A stretch of DNA of 64,000 nucleotides, from positions 32,001 to 96,000 of the IMG/VR virus record IMGVR_UViG_2917802685_000001. One strand, given 5' to 3'. The notes below the pieces were generated by a model. It saw nothing but the letters and a program-made list of their open reading frames with translations, searched no databases and was not told where the DNA came from. Positions 37,862 to 46,660 of the stretch are shown one piece after another. This stretch comes from a virus (Duplodnaviria > Caudoviricetes). A program made the position numbers and the translations under genes. The number at the start of each line of letters is the position of its first letter. Positions within the stretch are counted from its first letter, which is position 1.

Positions 37862-38812
37862 CTACGCCCCCTCGGTGGTGGTCGGCGGGTTGGTCAGCCA
37901 GTCCGCGATGGCCTGGGAGATCGGCGCGCCGGTGGTGATCTCCACGAAGCCGAACTGGCCGTTGGCGTTGGCCTCCAGGAACCAGAAGGCGCCGTCGGCG
38001 TCGATGGCGAAGTCGACGGCCGCGTACACCAGCCCGGCCGCCGCCATGTAGCGCAGCGCGGCTTTGCGCACCTCGTCCGGGATCGGCTGGATCTTCCACG
38101 TGCACTGCTCGACCGGCAGGAACCGCCAGTCGAGCGTGCGGTCCTGGGAGGAGATGAAGCAGGGGAACATCGTGTCGCCCACGACCGTGAGCCGGACGTC
38201 GGCGACCTTGTCGACCTTGTCCTGCAGGCACGTGGGGGACGCGGCCACGCCGGAGAAGTCGGCGTCCCGGGGGACCTCGCACGTCGACATCGTCAGCGGC
38301 GGGTCTTCGGGGTGGCGGCCGGAGATGGACTTCACGATGACCGGCCCGGCGCCGGAGGCGAACCGCTCGGCCGCGACCGGGTCGGTCGTGATGAGCGTGC
38401 GGGGAGTGCGGAAGCCCGCCTCCTCGGCGGCGCGGAGCTGCCAGACCTTGTAGTGGGAGCGGTCGATGGCTTCCGGGTGGTTCATCCACGGGAGGTCCAG
38501 GGCGCGGAGCGTGCCGTAGAAGGCGCGCTCGCTCTCCAGGGAGACCCAGTCCTTCTGGATGGTCGCGAGGTGGCCGGGGGGGCCCGGACGGCGGCGCCAT
38601 ACCGAGCGGATGCTGGACAGCTTGACGCGGCGGTGCTTGGTGGCGATGTACCCGGCCACCCCACCGCCCGCATCGCTGCGGGCGGTGAGGTCCACACGGC
38701 CAGGGAAGTGTTCCGGATCGACACGCATCACCGGAGTACCTTGCGCGGTGAGGCGGGTGATCACCATGTCGGCGGTGACGTCTTCCTCGGACGTGAGGAC
38801 GAGGACGGTCAT
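37862..38812 (-). CDS. tgmB: ATP-grasp RiPP (graspetide) maturase
   Basis: VLVLT..EDVTAD, SVWRRRP, WMNHP, KVWQL, PRTLIT, DVRLTVVG, LDWR, FLEANANGQF. Confidence 0.92.
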   Translation of the reverse strand: MTVLVLTSEEDVTADMVITRLTAQGTPVMRVDPEHFPGRVDLTARSDAGGGVAGYIATKHRRVKLSSIRSVWRRRPGPPGHLATIQKDWVSLESERAFYGTLRALDLPWMNHPEAIDRSHYKVWQLRAAEEAGFRTPRTLITTDPVAAERFASGAGPVIVKSISGRHPEDPPLTMSTCEVPRDADFSGVAASPTCLQDKVDKVADVRLTVVGDTMFPCFISSQDRTLDWRFLPVEQCTWKIQPIPDEVRKAALRYMAAAGLVYAAVDFAIDADGAFWFLEANANGQFGFVEITTGAPISQAIADWLTNPPTTTEGA

Positions 38813-38813
38813 G

Positions 38814-39032
38814 TCAGTCGTCGTCGTTGTGGGTCGCGCTGCCCGCCGTGCTGGTGGTCGTGGAAGTGCCCATCAGCAGCGGGAGGTTGTCGGCGGCCCG
38901 GGAGCCGTCCGTGAGCACGTTGACCTGCTGCTTGCGGTCGTAGGAGAAGGGGGCGACAGGGTGCGCCTGGCGGGGCTGGGCGAAGCCCAGCGCGAAGGGG
39001 GCGCTGCGAGGTGCCTGGAGCTGCGTGGTCAC
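38814..39032 (-). CDS. tgmA: Graspetide precursor peptide (72 aa)
   Basis: PFAL leader, YDxxxQVNV, core TSTTTSTAGSATHNDDD; GGAAGGA RBS. Confidence 0.88.
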   Translation of the reverse strand: MTTQLQAPRSAPFALGFAQPRQAHPVAPFSYDRKQQVNVLTDGSRAADNLPLLMGTSTTTSTAGSATHNDDD

Positions 39033-39213
39033 GCGAGATCCTTCCGTCGTGCCGAGGGCAGGCATGGCCGCACTCGGCCCTGTGAGTAGTCGGTTGACTA
39101 CCGGCGGACATGACTGTAGTGACATTTTCTCTCTTTGACTACGGGGCAGGGGAGTTGGGCTGCTGTCCGCCGGTCCCGTTTCGGCCATAGGGGGTGGAGA
39201 GAGGAGCCCCACC

Positions 39214-39462
39214 ATGCCGCCACGCGCCAAGAAGGCCGTCCGTACCGAGATACGCCTCCCCGTCTTTCCTGAGCGGACCTGCCGCGAGCCGGTCGCCGGA
39301 GAGTTCGCGATCCACTCCTGCGAGGTCGTCGAGGGCCACCTGGGCCCGCACGCCTCGCAGTCCGTGGCGAAGTCGATCGAGCTGCGGCTGACGTGGGAGA
39401 ACAGGAACCTCGACAAGCTGGAGCCGACCGACGCGTCCGACCCCTTCGCGAGCACCGTGTGA
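39214..39462 (+). CDS. Small Cys/His protein
   Basis: GAGGAG RBS; C..C....GHLGPH. Confidence 0.65.
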   Translation: MPPRAKKAVRTEIRLPVFPERTCREPVAGEFAIHSCEVVEGHLGPHASQSVAKSIELRLTWENRNLDKLEPTDASDPFASTV

Positions 39463-39656
39463 GCGGCTCTGGAGCGTTCCCGCCGCCCCCGGCGGCCGAT
39501 CCGTCCACCGCCCTCCACGACAGCGCCGTGGCGGCCCTGCAGCGGCTGCACAACTATCTTGCTGTGAACCGGCCGAGGGCGCTTGCGGCGGCCGACGGCG
39601 GCGACGCGGTCGACGTGGCGCTGCAGCTGCTGGACCGACTGCCGCCGGAGCGCTGA
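39459..39656 (+). CDS. Small hypothetical protein
   Basis: GTGA overlap. Confidence 0.5.
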   Translation: MSGSGAFPPPPAADPSTALHDSAVAALQRLHNYLAVNRPRALAAADGGDAVDVALQLLDRLPPER

Positions 39657-39839
39657 GATTTCGGCATATGCCAACTCAGAGAATTCTCGCGTGACTTGAG
39701 AAAATGTCACTCGATCGGGTGCATACTGATCCCACTTCGGCCTCACGGTCGGAGAGCCACACCCCCGAACAGCAGGTGCGGTGCCTGCGGCCTCCGCCGC
39801 CGTGTCCGCTGTAGTGGCTGTCGTCGTCATGTGACACGT

Positions 39840-39873
39840 AGGGCCCCTCTCCACCATCCGGGAGAGGGGCCCT
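39840..39873. terminator. Terminator hairpin
   Basis: 13-bp perfect stem after 39889 stop. Confidence 0.75.
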
Positions 39874-39888
39874 GCTTGCTGCCTGCCG

Positions 39889-40599
39889 TCAGGAGCTGTG
39901 CGCCCGGCGCGCCAGCCGCGCCAGCGGGTGTTCCTTCGAGGCCCTCTTCCACTCAGGGAAGTGCTCCCCGAACACCTGGTCGACCTTCGAACTCTTCCCC
40001 AGGGTGATCTTCACGGCGTAGCCGCCCCTGGAGATCTCGAAGGGCCGCGACAGCTTGGCCAGGTAGTCCACCCGCGTACCGGCCGGGGCCTGGGCATCGA
40101 AGTACGCCGGGAGCACGAAGTTCGACACCGACACCGTCTTACCGCCGACGTGCACCACGTACGCGGTGTCCTCGACCGCGTCGCACGCCTCGTAGGCGTA
40201 CAGGCCGTCGCCGCCGTCGGACGCCCACAGCTGGACGTGCGGGTCGACGAACGTCTCCAGGACCTCGTGGCTCAGGACGGCCGACACGGACAGCTCGCCG
40301 TTCAGGACGGTGCCGCCGTTGTCGAGGACCGGCGAGGCGAAGACCTTGCCGTAGACCGTGCCGTCGGCCTCCTCGGAGTGGTAGCCGAGGGCGTCGGCCT
40401 GGTCGGCGTTGTCGTAGAGGCCGATCGCGTACGACCCGGCGGGGACGGCCGCGCCCTTGGGCAGGAGCACGACGCTGGCCGTCTTGGAGCCCCACGCCGG
40501 GGCGACGTCGTAGCGGACCTGATGGGCCACAGCGCGCACCATCAGGGCGGCGTCGGCGTCGGTCACACGGGTGGAGTGGTTCTGGACGACCACGAACAC
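39889..40599 (-). CDS. Zincin-like metalloprotein
   Basis: LGYH, VLSHEVLETFVDP, YEACD; AGGAGG RBS. Confidence 0.65.
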   Translation of the reverse strand: MFVVVQNHSTRVTDADAALMVRAVAHQVRYDVAPAWGSKTASVVLLPKGAAVPAGSYAIGLYDNADQADALGYHSEEADGTVYGKVFASPVLDNGGTVLNGELSVSAVLSHEVLETFVDPHVQLWASDGGDGLYAYEACDAVEDTAYVVHVGGKTVSVSNFVLPAYFDAQAPAGTRVDYLAKLSRPFEISRGGYAVKITLGKSSKVDQVFGEHFPEWKRASKEHPLARLARRAHSS

Positions 40600-40702
40600 A
40601 AGAAGCCTCCTGCAGAGAGGGGACGGGCCCTGGGAGCAGGCCCTTCATCCCCTGGGGGCCTCTGCAGGAGGCGACACAGGTAAGAGAACGATGAAAACGC
40701 GG

Positions 40703-41203
40703 TCAGCCCATCTCGCGGGCGGCCTGGCGCTCCCTCTCCATCTCGGCGGAGATCATGCGGTACTCCTTGCGCAGGGCCTGCAACAGCGGGCCCGCCTCCG
40801 GCTGGACGGGGACGCGGACGCGGCGCATCTCCTCGCGGGCCACCTCCGCCGACGCCTCCCACTCCCGGACCGCTACGCGCATGGCGGCCAGCACGAACTT
40901 GTTGAAGATCTTCAGGTCTGGGTTCGCCATGAGGAACTTCTGCCAGTGCGCCCCCAGTGCGGGGTCGGCATAGATCGTCTTCTTCGGGAACTGGGGGATC
41001 GCGCCTTCGGCGTACAGCAGGTCCATGGGCGGCATCTGGAAGTCCAGGTCCATGTCCAGCTGCAGCCCGCCCTCGTCGGCCGGGGGATTGGCCTGCGGCG
41101 CGGGCTCCGGCTGGGGCTCCGGCTCCGGTACGGCCTTCAGCGCCGCCTCCTTCGCCCGCTGCTTCGCCAGATACGCCTGCTGCCGGGCCTTGCTGCTTCC
41201 CAC
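40703..41203 (-). CDS. Putative ribbon-helix-helix DNA-binding protein with disordered N-terminus
   Basis: PEPEPQPEP linker then KKTIY-helix-helix pattern; GAGAGGG RBS. Confidence 0.5.
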   Translation of the reverse strand: MGSSKARQQAYLAKQRAKEAALKAVPEPEPQPEPAPQANPPADEGGLQLDMDLDFQMPPMDLLYAEGAIPQFPKKTIYADPALGAHWQKFLMANPDLKIFNKFVLAAMRVAVREWEASAEVAREEMRRVRVPVQPEAGPLLQALRKEYRMISAEMERERQAAREMG

Positions 41204-41245
41204 TGGTCGCCCTCTCGATCGTGGTGGACGACCAGTGTATCCCGT

Positions 41246-41277
41246 TTCAACGGTTCAACGGATTTCCGTTTTTCGGT
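41246..41277 (-). repeat. 8-bp array (minus strand ACCGAAAA ACGGAAAT CCGTTGAA CCGTTGAA)
   Basis: Upstream of RHH-like gene; matches 23695-23726. Confidence 0.6.
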
Positions 41278-41278
41278 G

Positions 41279-42283
41279 TCACAGCACGTCGCGCATCGCG
41301 TTGTCCTTGCTGTTCGGCCGGATGTAGATGTGCACCTGCGTGCCCTCCTTCGACCAGCCGCCCTGGTCGCAGATGGCGCTGGTCGACGCTCCGGCCTGGG
41401 AAGCGGCCGAGGCGCCCGAGCCTCGCAGGGTGTGAGCTGAGTGCCGGGTGTTCTTCGGGGGCGTGAGCCCAGCCGCCTTCGCCGTCGTCTTCACCAGCGT
41501 GTTCACCCACGACGCGTCCAGGCCGTACGGCAGGATGTTGTCGGACCGGGAGACGCGCCGGAACAGCGGGCCGTCCGTGATGCCCTGCGCCGTCAGCTCG
41601 TCCACCCACGCCCGCAGCGCGCCGACGGGGTCGGACAGCTCGTGGCTGCCCGGGGGGAGGGTGACATTGTGCCCCTCGGCCTCCTGGTCGGTCTTGGAGT
41701 ACGTCTTGAGCATGTCGGCGTCGCCGTCGTCGAGGAAGACAAGGTCCTGCAGGTCGAAGCGGACCAGGTTCGAGCGCCGGGCGAAGGACGACATGCCGAC
41801 GGTCAGGATCGCGCGGTCCCGCAGCGTTGCGACGCGGCCGGGCGGCAGGGTGGCCACCATCCGCCGCAGCTCCTCCGGGTTGACGATGGCGGCCTGCATC
41901 GGCCGGTACCCCTTGTCGGCCCGCTCCTTCTTGTACTGGCTCACGATGCGCCAGGCGTCGCCGGTGTCGGGCATCAGCTTCTCGTCCACGTTGGCCTGGT
42001 CGTGGAAGAACACCACGGCGGAGATGCCCTGCTTGATCGCCGACACCGAGTCCCCGGCGTCGGCGCGGTCGGCCACCCAGTTCGTCAGGGTGTCCGTGGC
42101 GCACGGCAGGTCGATCTCACCCCCGGCAGCGCACCAGTCCTCGAACTTCTTCACCTCACGCTTGTAGGCGCGGAACGTCTCGTCCGGCACCGAGCCCTGC
42201 AGGCGGCGCCGGGCGGCATCCGAGAGCCGGGCCCGGCGCGGCCGGACGGCGGGCCCAGCGCCGTTGACAGGCTGCAGGCTCAC
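41279..42283 (-). CDS. Cre-like tyrosine recombinase
   Basis: RDRAIL...ARRSNL, SKTDQ, HTLR, GGW, IY: full R-K-HxxR-W-Y set. Confidence 0.92.
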   Translation of the reverse strand: MSLQPVNGAGPAVRPRRARLSDAARRRLQGSVPDETFRAYKREVKKFEDWCAAGGEIDLPCATDTLTNWVADRADAGDSVSAIKQGISAVVFFHDQANVDEKLMPDTGDAWRIVSQYKKERADKGYRPMQAAIVNPEELRRMVATLPPGRVATLRDRAILTVGMSSFARRSNLVRFDLQDLVFLDDGDADMLKTYSKTDQEAEGHNVTLPPGSHELSDPVGALRAWVDELTAQGITDGPLFRRVSRSDNILPYGLDASWVNTLVKTTAKAAGLTPPKNTRHSAHTLRGSGASAASQAGASTSAICDQGGWSKEGTQVHIYIRPNSKDNAMRDVL

Positions 42284-42708
42284 CGTGCCGTGCCGTAGCG
42301 CTGCTGGATCTCGGCATGGCACGGGATGCAGGTGCTGTGTCCAAACCCGTGGGCCAGGATGGCGAACTCCTCACGGTCGAACCAGGTGAAGCAGGAGCCG
42401 CACAGCTCCTGCCGTACGGGGTCGGCGGGCGGCTCGCAGTGCAGGCGGAAGCCGGTCCGGCGCTTCTTGCCCGCCTTCGTGGTGTCGGTCGGGTGCAGGT
42501 TGCGCAGCGCGATCCACCGGTAGCCGCCCATCCGTTGGCCGCCGGTGGGATCCCAGACCCTGACCCTGTCGCCGTCCACCCCGTCCACGACGAACGGCTT
42601 GCTGCGCGACTCCCCCCAGAGGTATTCCGTCTTGCACGGTGCGTACGTCTGCCACCGCTTCACCTCGAAGGGCGGCTGTGCGTCGGTGGTTTCGGTGCTG
42701 GCGGTCAC
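42280..42708 (-). CDS. Hypothetical protein
   Basis: GAGGGGGA RBS, GTG 42708; C-terminal CGSC..CIPC. Confidence 0.65.
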   Translation of the reverse strand: MTASTETTDAQPPFEVKRWQTYAPCKTEYLWGESRSKPFVVDGVDGDRVRVWDPTGGQRMGGYRWIALRNLHPTDTTKAGKKRRTGFRLHCEPPADPVRQELCGSCFTWFDREEFAILAHGFGHSTCIPCHAEIQQRYGTAR

Positions 42709-42748
42709 CTGGTCCCCCTCAGATTTTTCAATGTCACGGTAACTCAGG

Positions 42749-43006
42749 TTACCGGAGGTGTCGGCTTTCCACGCCGCAACTCCCGTGCCGGTCACGGGGG
42801 AAGCCGCACGCCGAGCCGCCCGCCGTCGGCGCGCTGCAGTCGTCGTAGCCGAGGGACCAATAGTCGCTTTCCTCGTAGAGGACGGCTGTGATCTCGTTGG
42901 GCTCGTGGTCGGCGTCCTCCGGGTGCGGCCCGTACAGCTCGGGCTCGTTCGTCCACTTGATCATTTGGGCGCCGACCGAGAGATCGGTCCACTCTGTTGA
43001 GTCCAT
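42749..43006 (-). CDS. Small hypothetical protein
   Basis: AGGGG RBS, codon bias. Confidence 0.5.
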   Translation of the reverse strand: MDSTEWTDLSVGAQMIKWTNEPELYGPHPEDADHEPNEITAVLYEESDYWSLGYDDCSAPTAGGSACGFPRDRHGSCGVESRHLR

Positions 43007-43144
43007 ACCCCTATGGACGGAGTCACCCGGCCGGTTGTTACAGCCCCCGTCCGCACGCAGCTCACACAGGTTCTACACAGCAACCCCCGTAACCATGTTC
43101 GATCATGATTCGTTGACTCATCAGTAACGTGTCGCTCCACACAT

Positions 43145-43160
43145 TCGAACGAAGATTCGA
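43145..43160. promoter_or_regulatory. Possible LexA SOS box
   Basis: TCGAAC-GAAG-ATTCGA, one mismatch to actinobacterial TCGAAC-N4-GTTCGA. Confidence 0.45.
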
Positions 43161-43460
43161 TAGCGTGGGCGTGAACCGAGAGGAGGTACCGAAGTCGCCC
43201 GAGCGCAGGATCGTTCTCACAAAAGTGTGTCCACGTCGAGAAGTTGACGATAGAACTGAACAAGGCTCATCTGTCTTCACTACGTGTGGCCTGCACTAAC
43301 GTTGCACCCACCCCCTCAATGGGGTAGGTTCCGAATGCCGCGACTTTCAACTATCTGTCTCGACGCATTCTGGGTCCGCCCGGCCACCCGCCACCCGGGC
43401 GAGCGCATCGAGCGATGAGGGCGATAAATGCGCACGTATCGATAGAGAAAAGGCAAGGAC

Positions 43461-43931
43461 ATGAGTGTGGAGTCCTCTGCCGAAAATGACCCGGAATCCC
43501 GCCCCGAGTCATTTCGGCTTGAACACCGCAGAATGCCAAAGCGCGCGTACCTAATGGCAGTGGCAACTGGAGTCGCCTGCCTATTCGCCGGGTTCTCCAT
43601 AGCCTCCCAGTCGATTCCCCCGGCGCCGTTGCCGTCGGCCACCGCAGCGCCGCACACGCTGCAGGCGCCCACCGACTGGACCGTTCCCGGGGAGGGTGAG
43701 TTCCTCGTCGGCATGGGCCAGCAGGCCGACATCCGCCCCGGCCTCTACCGCTCGTCGGGCAACGTTCAGCGGTGCTCATGGCAGCGGGAGAAGGACGCCA
43801 CCGGGGAGCACGTCATCGCCAGCGACAGCGCTCAGGGGATCACGTACGTCGAGCTGCACTCCGGGGAGTTCTTCGATACCTCCCTCTGCACCACATGGCA
43901 TCGTATGGCTAGTCCAAAGGCACCCAGATGA
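43461..43931 (+). CDS. Membrane-anchored/secreted protein
   Basis: TM segment then PGEG.FLVG..DIRPG.Y....C.W.R actinobacterial surface domain. Confidence 0.7.
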   Translation: MSVESSAENDPESRPESFRLEHRRMPKRAYLMAVATGVACLFAGFSIASQSIPPAPLPSATAAPHTLQAPTDWTVPGEGEFLVGMGQQADIRPGLYRSSGNVQRCSWQREKDATGEHVIASDSAQGITYVELHSGEFFDTSLCTTWHRMASPKAPR

Positions 43932-43976
43932 GGCAGTCTTGAGCGACGGCCTCCCGTGGTCGATTCTGGGAACGAC

Positions 43977-44009
43977 GACGCCCCCGGCAACTCATCTGCC
44001 GGGGGCGTC
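43977..44009. terminator. Bidirectional terminator
   Basis: 13-bp stem between convergent genes. Confidence 0.8.
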
Positions 44010-44032
44010 TCCGTGTACGAGGGGCCGCTACA

Positions 44033-44233
44033 TCAGCCCTTGACGCTGGCGACGAACGACGACCAGGCGGCCGGGCTCACCGTGATGACGGTGCTGCGGG
44101 CCGGGTCCTTGCTGTCGGCGACACCAACGTCCACGACGTCGGCGCCGACCGTGCCCTTGCGGGTCTCGATGCAGGCTTCTCCGCTGCCTGCGCTGTAGGA
44201 GGACTTCCTCCACGGGGTGTACTGCTTCTCCAT
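44033..44233 (-). CDS. DUF397 protein
   Basis: WRKSSYS....CIE, DSKDP, AWSSF. Confidence 0.92.
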   Translation of the reverse strand: MEKQYTPWRKSSYSAGSGEACIETRKGTVGADVVDVGVADSKDPARSTVITVSPAAWSSFVASVKG

Positions 44234-44257
44234 CTGTGCCTTTCCTTCCATCTCTCG

Positions 44258-45148
44258 TCAACTCCCCAGCTTCTTGAGGAGTCCGTGCAAGTATCGGCGA
44301 GTTTCCGCCGGAGACAATGCCTGGCTGATGAGCTGCTCATATCTGGCTCGATACGAGCGCACTCGGTCAGGGTCGTCACTGAAAGAGCCGTCGCCGTGGT
44401 AACCCTCACGGAAAATCATGTCGATGTTGTCATCGAGTGTCAGGAGACTGAACGAGCCTGCCAGTCCAGTGTGCAGGCCGGTCTCCATCGGCAGAACCTG
44501 GATGGTCGCTGCCATCTCGCCCTGATCGAGCAGATGCCGGACCTGGTCGGGGTGGGCGGTCTTGTTCGTGACGCTCGGCGGCGTCAGGACGGCCGCCTCG
44601 CCGAGGATGACCCAGAGCCGGGGCGGAGCCGGTTCCACACGGTCGAGGATCGTCTTGCGGGCCTCGCGCAGCTTCATGCGGTCAGTCTCGACACCTCCCT
44701 CGGCAGGGGGGCGCGGGCCGGTGATCGCCGTATCGCTGGCGCGGATGGCCTCCTCAGAGTACGCCTTCGTCTGCAGGAGGCCGTGTATCACGACCGGCTC
44801 GAACGCCCGGATCTCCCGGGCGAGGGACTCCACGTCGGCGTAGTCCTCGAACGAGGGGCCGAGGCTGTTGCCGTAGGGCCCCCAGGGGCCCTTGGTCGCC
44901 GAAATCTCCGCCCACTTCGTCCACTTGGCGATCGTCTCCGGATCGGTGACCTCGTACAGCTCGGCCAGGGCCGGGATCTTCTCCACGGGGACGGGCGCGA
45001 TGCCGTCCTCCTGGCGGTAGACGACCGGCTGCGACATGCCAGTCGCCTGGACCACCGTCTTGACCTCGACGTCGGCGGCCTCGCGGGCACGCCGGAGCAT
45101 GTTGCCGAGGATCGTTCTCCTCAGCGTTTGGCGGGCCTTGTACGCCAC
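44258..45148 (-). CDS. XRE HTH + DUF5753 regulator (WhiJ/Scr1-like)
   Basis: LGNMLRRARE, HGLLQT..Y, LWVILGEA, ALSP.ET. Confidence 0.9.
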   Translation of the reverse strand: MAYKARQTLRRTILGNMLRRAREAADVEVKTVVQATGMSQPVVYRQEDGIAPVPVEKIPALAELYEVTDPETIAKWTKWAEISATKGPWGPYGNSLGPSFEDYADVESLAREIRAFEPVVIHGLLQTKAYSEEAIRASDTAITGPRPPAEGGVETDRMKLREARKTILDRVEPAPPRLWVILGEAAVLTPPSVTNKTAHPDQVRHLLDQGEMAATIQVLPMETGLHTGLAGSFSLLTLDDNIDMIFREGYHGDGSFSDDPDRVRSYRARYEQLISQALSPAETRRYLHGLLKKLGS

Positions 45149-45219
45149 GTGTCCTCCCCGGTCGACGCGCTGGCCCACAGTCTGCACCTCGCAGCCCTCC
45201 TCGACCAACACACGGTAGA

Positions 45220-45259
45220 GAGAATTCTCCCCACAGGGCTTGCGAACGCGAGAATTCTC
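45220..45259. promoter_or_regulatory. Two GAGAATTCTC palindromes 30 bp apart (probable XRE operator)
   Basis: Between divergent XRE and ATPase genes; third copy at 39679-39688. Confidence 0.6.
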
Positions 45260-45346
45260 CGCGACGGTGGGTGACAACCCGCTTGCGCCATGTACCGCAA
45301 CGGTGTGAGGGGGCCTCACCTGCCCATCCTGCAACGGGAGTTACAC

Positions 45347-45826
45347 ATGCACTCCCCGACTCGCCAGGGACCGCCAAACCTGGCTTCGCTTGGGAACATC
45401 CGCTTCACCCAGGCTTACCGGAAGGAACCGGAGAGCGTCCCGCTCGCCCGCCAGCGGTTCCGAGAAGCCGCCCACGACGGCAAGCTCGACGTCGAACTCT
45501 TCCAGAGGGCCGAACTGTGCCTGTGCGAGCTGGCCGCGAACGCCGTCCGGCACGCCCACGACCCCCGGAGGAACAACCAGATCCTCACCGAGGTCACGAT
45601 CCGCGTCATACGCCGCCGCCCCCACCTGGAGATCAGTGTGTGGGACATCGACGGGCGTCGGATCCCCGACATCCCGAACCCGGACACGGCCGCTCTGCAG
45701 CTCGCCGACGTGTCCGACGGGGCAATTGGCGGGCGCGGGCTGCTGCTTATCGCCGCCATGACCGACGAGATCGGCTACGACCTGAGACCGCAGGGCAAGC
45801 GCATCTGGTGCCGCTGGGCCCTCTGA
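45347..45826 (+). CDS. HATPase_c ATP-binding protein (AbaA/anti-sigma-like)
   Basis: SVPLAR, ELAANAVRH, VWD, GRGLLLI, GKRIW. Confidence 0.9.
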   Translation: MHSPTRQGPPNLASLGNIRFTQAYRKEPESVPLARQRFREAAHDGKLDVELFQRAELCLCELAANAVRHAHDPRRNNQILTEVTIRVIRRRPHLEISVWDIDGRRIPDIPNPDTAALQLADVSDGAIGGRGLLLIAAMTDEIGYDLRPQGKRIWCRWAL

Positions 45827-45854
45827 CCCCTCCCCCGGTGGACCGCCCCCGCTC

Positions 45855-45890
45855 TTGACGCGCGCAACAATTGGTGCGCTAGAGTGGGGG
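45855..45890 (+). promoter_or_regulatory. Conserved promoter/operator copy 3
   Basis: TTGACG cgc GCAAC-AATT-GGTGC gc TAGAGT GGG. Confidence 0.8.
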
Positions 45891-46012
45891 TGTCGTCGTT
45901 GAAGTTGGAAATACGTCGCGCAGCCCACCGCCATGGAGCGGCGCATAACGTGAACAGCTCGACGACCGAGTAAGGGCATCCGCCAGTCCTTCACCGTCAG
46001 GAGTCCCCCGCC

Positions 46013-46549
46013 ATGGACACCATTTCTCTTGGTCAGTTCACTTCCGATCTCCGTTCCGATATCGAGGAAAGAATTCCCGCCGGGGAACTCACCCCCGGGC
46101 GAATCATCGCGAGCGGAACATGGAAAGGGCATGTCGTCGTCGAATTGCCGGAGCGGCTGAACGGCCACACCACGACGCTCGTCCTCGCCCTGCGTCACCT
46201 CGCGGGCGGCCACACCGTCCGCCCGTACTACCCCGGCGGCAGCCCTGTACGCGTCTACCGCACGAGCCTGCCGGAGGCCCTCCTCGCCGACGTGCCCTTC
46301 GCCCCGCCGTGCGTCATCCCCGACGAGCCCGCCGTCGGCGACCGCGTCGTGATGCACTGGCACACCGAGGGCCACAGCCCCCACGTCCACGAGTGGGACG
46401 GAGAGGACTGGTTCTCGCCCGCCATCCCGGAGGACGGATACCCCAGGGCCGAGCGGTACAGCACGATGACCGTCCGCGCCTGGGTCCGGCTCACGGACAC
46501 GCCCATCCAGTACGGCTGGTACGTGTACGAGCCCGCAAAGGCCGCCTGA
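46013..46549 (+). CDS. Hypothetical protein
   Basis: AGGAG RBS. Confidence 0.7.
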   Translation: MDTISLGQFTSDLRSDIEERIPAGELTPGRIIASGTWKGHVVVELPERLNGHTTTLVLALRHLAGGHTVRPYYPGGSPVRVYRTSLPEALLADVPFAPPCVIPDEPAVGDRVVMHWHTEGHSPHVHEWDGEDWFSPAIPEDGYPRAERYSTMTVRAWVRLTDTPIQYGWYVYEPAKAA

Positions 46550-46581
46550 CCTGCTCGTTTATCGGGCGTTGATCGAACGGC

Positions 46582-46615
46582 TTGACATAGGCAACAGTTG
46601 TTGCGCTAGAGTGAG
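46582..46615 (+). promoter_or_regulatory. Conserved promoter/operator copy 4
   Basis: TTGACA tag GCAAC-AGTT-GTTGC gc TAGAGT. Confidence 0.85.
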
Positions 46616-46660
46616 ATCTGTTGGAGCAGCGCCCCGCCATCCCGCCACCCGGAGAACACC

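Larger units (their letters stand above)
39118..39711. repeat. Perfect 14-bp inverted repeat AGTGACATTTTCTC (39118-39131 / 39698-39711)
   Basis: Exact reverse complements bracketing two small ORFs. Confidence 0.75.

Noticed and set aside
39691-39711. BldD box (GTGAC-N10-GTCAC)
   Set aside because: Orientation and spacing do not fit TNAC-N5-GTNA
38814-39857. 347-aa ORF ending in the RiPP precursor
   Set aside because: Good RBS and GTG at 39032; upstream part overlaps two better plus-strand ORFs
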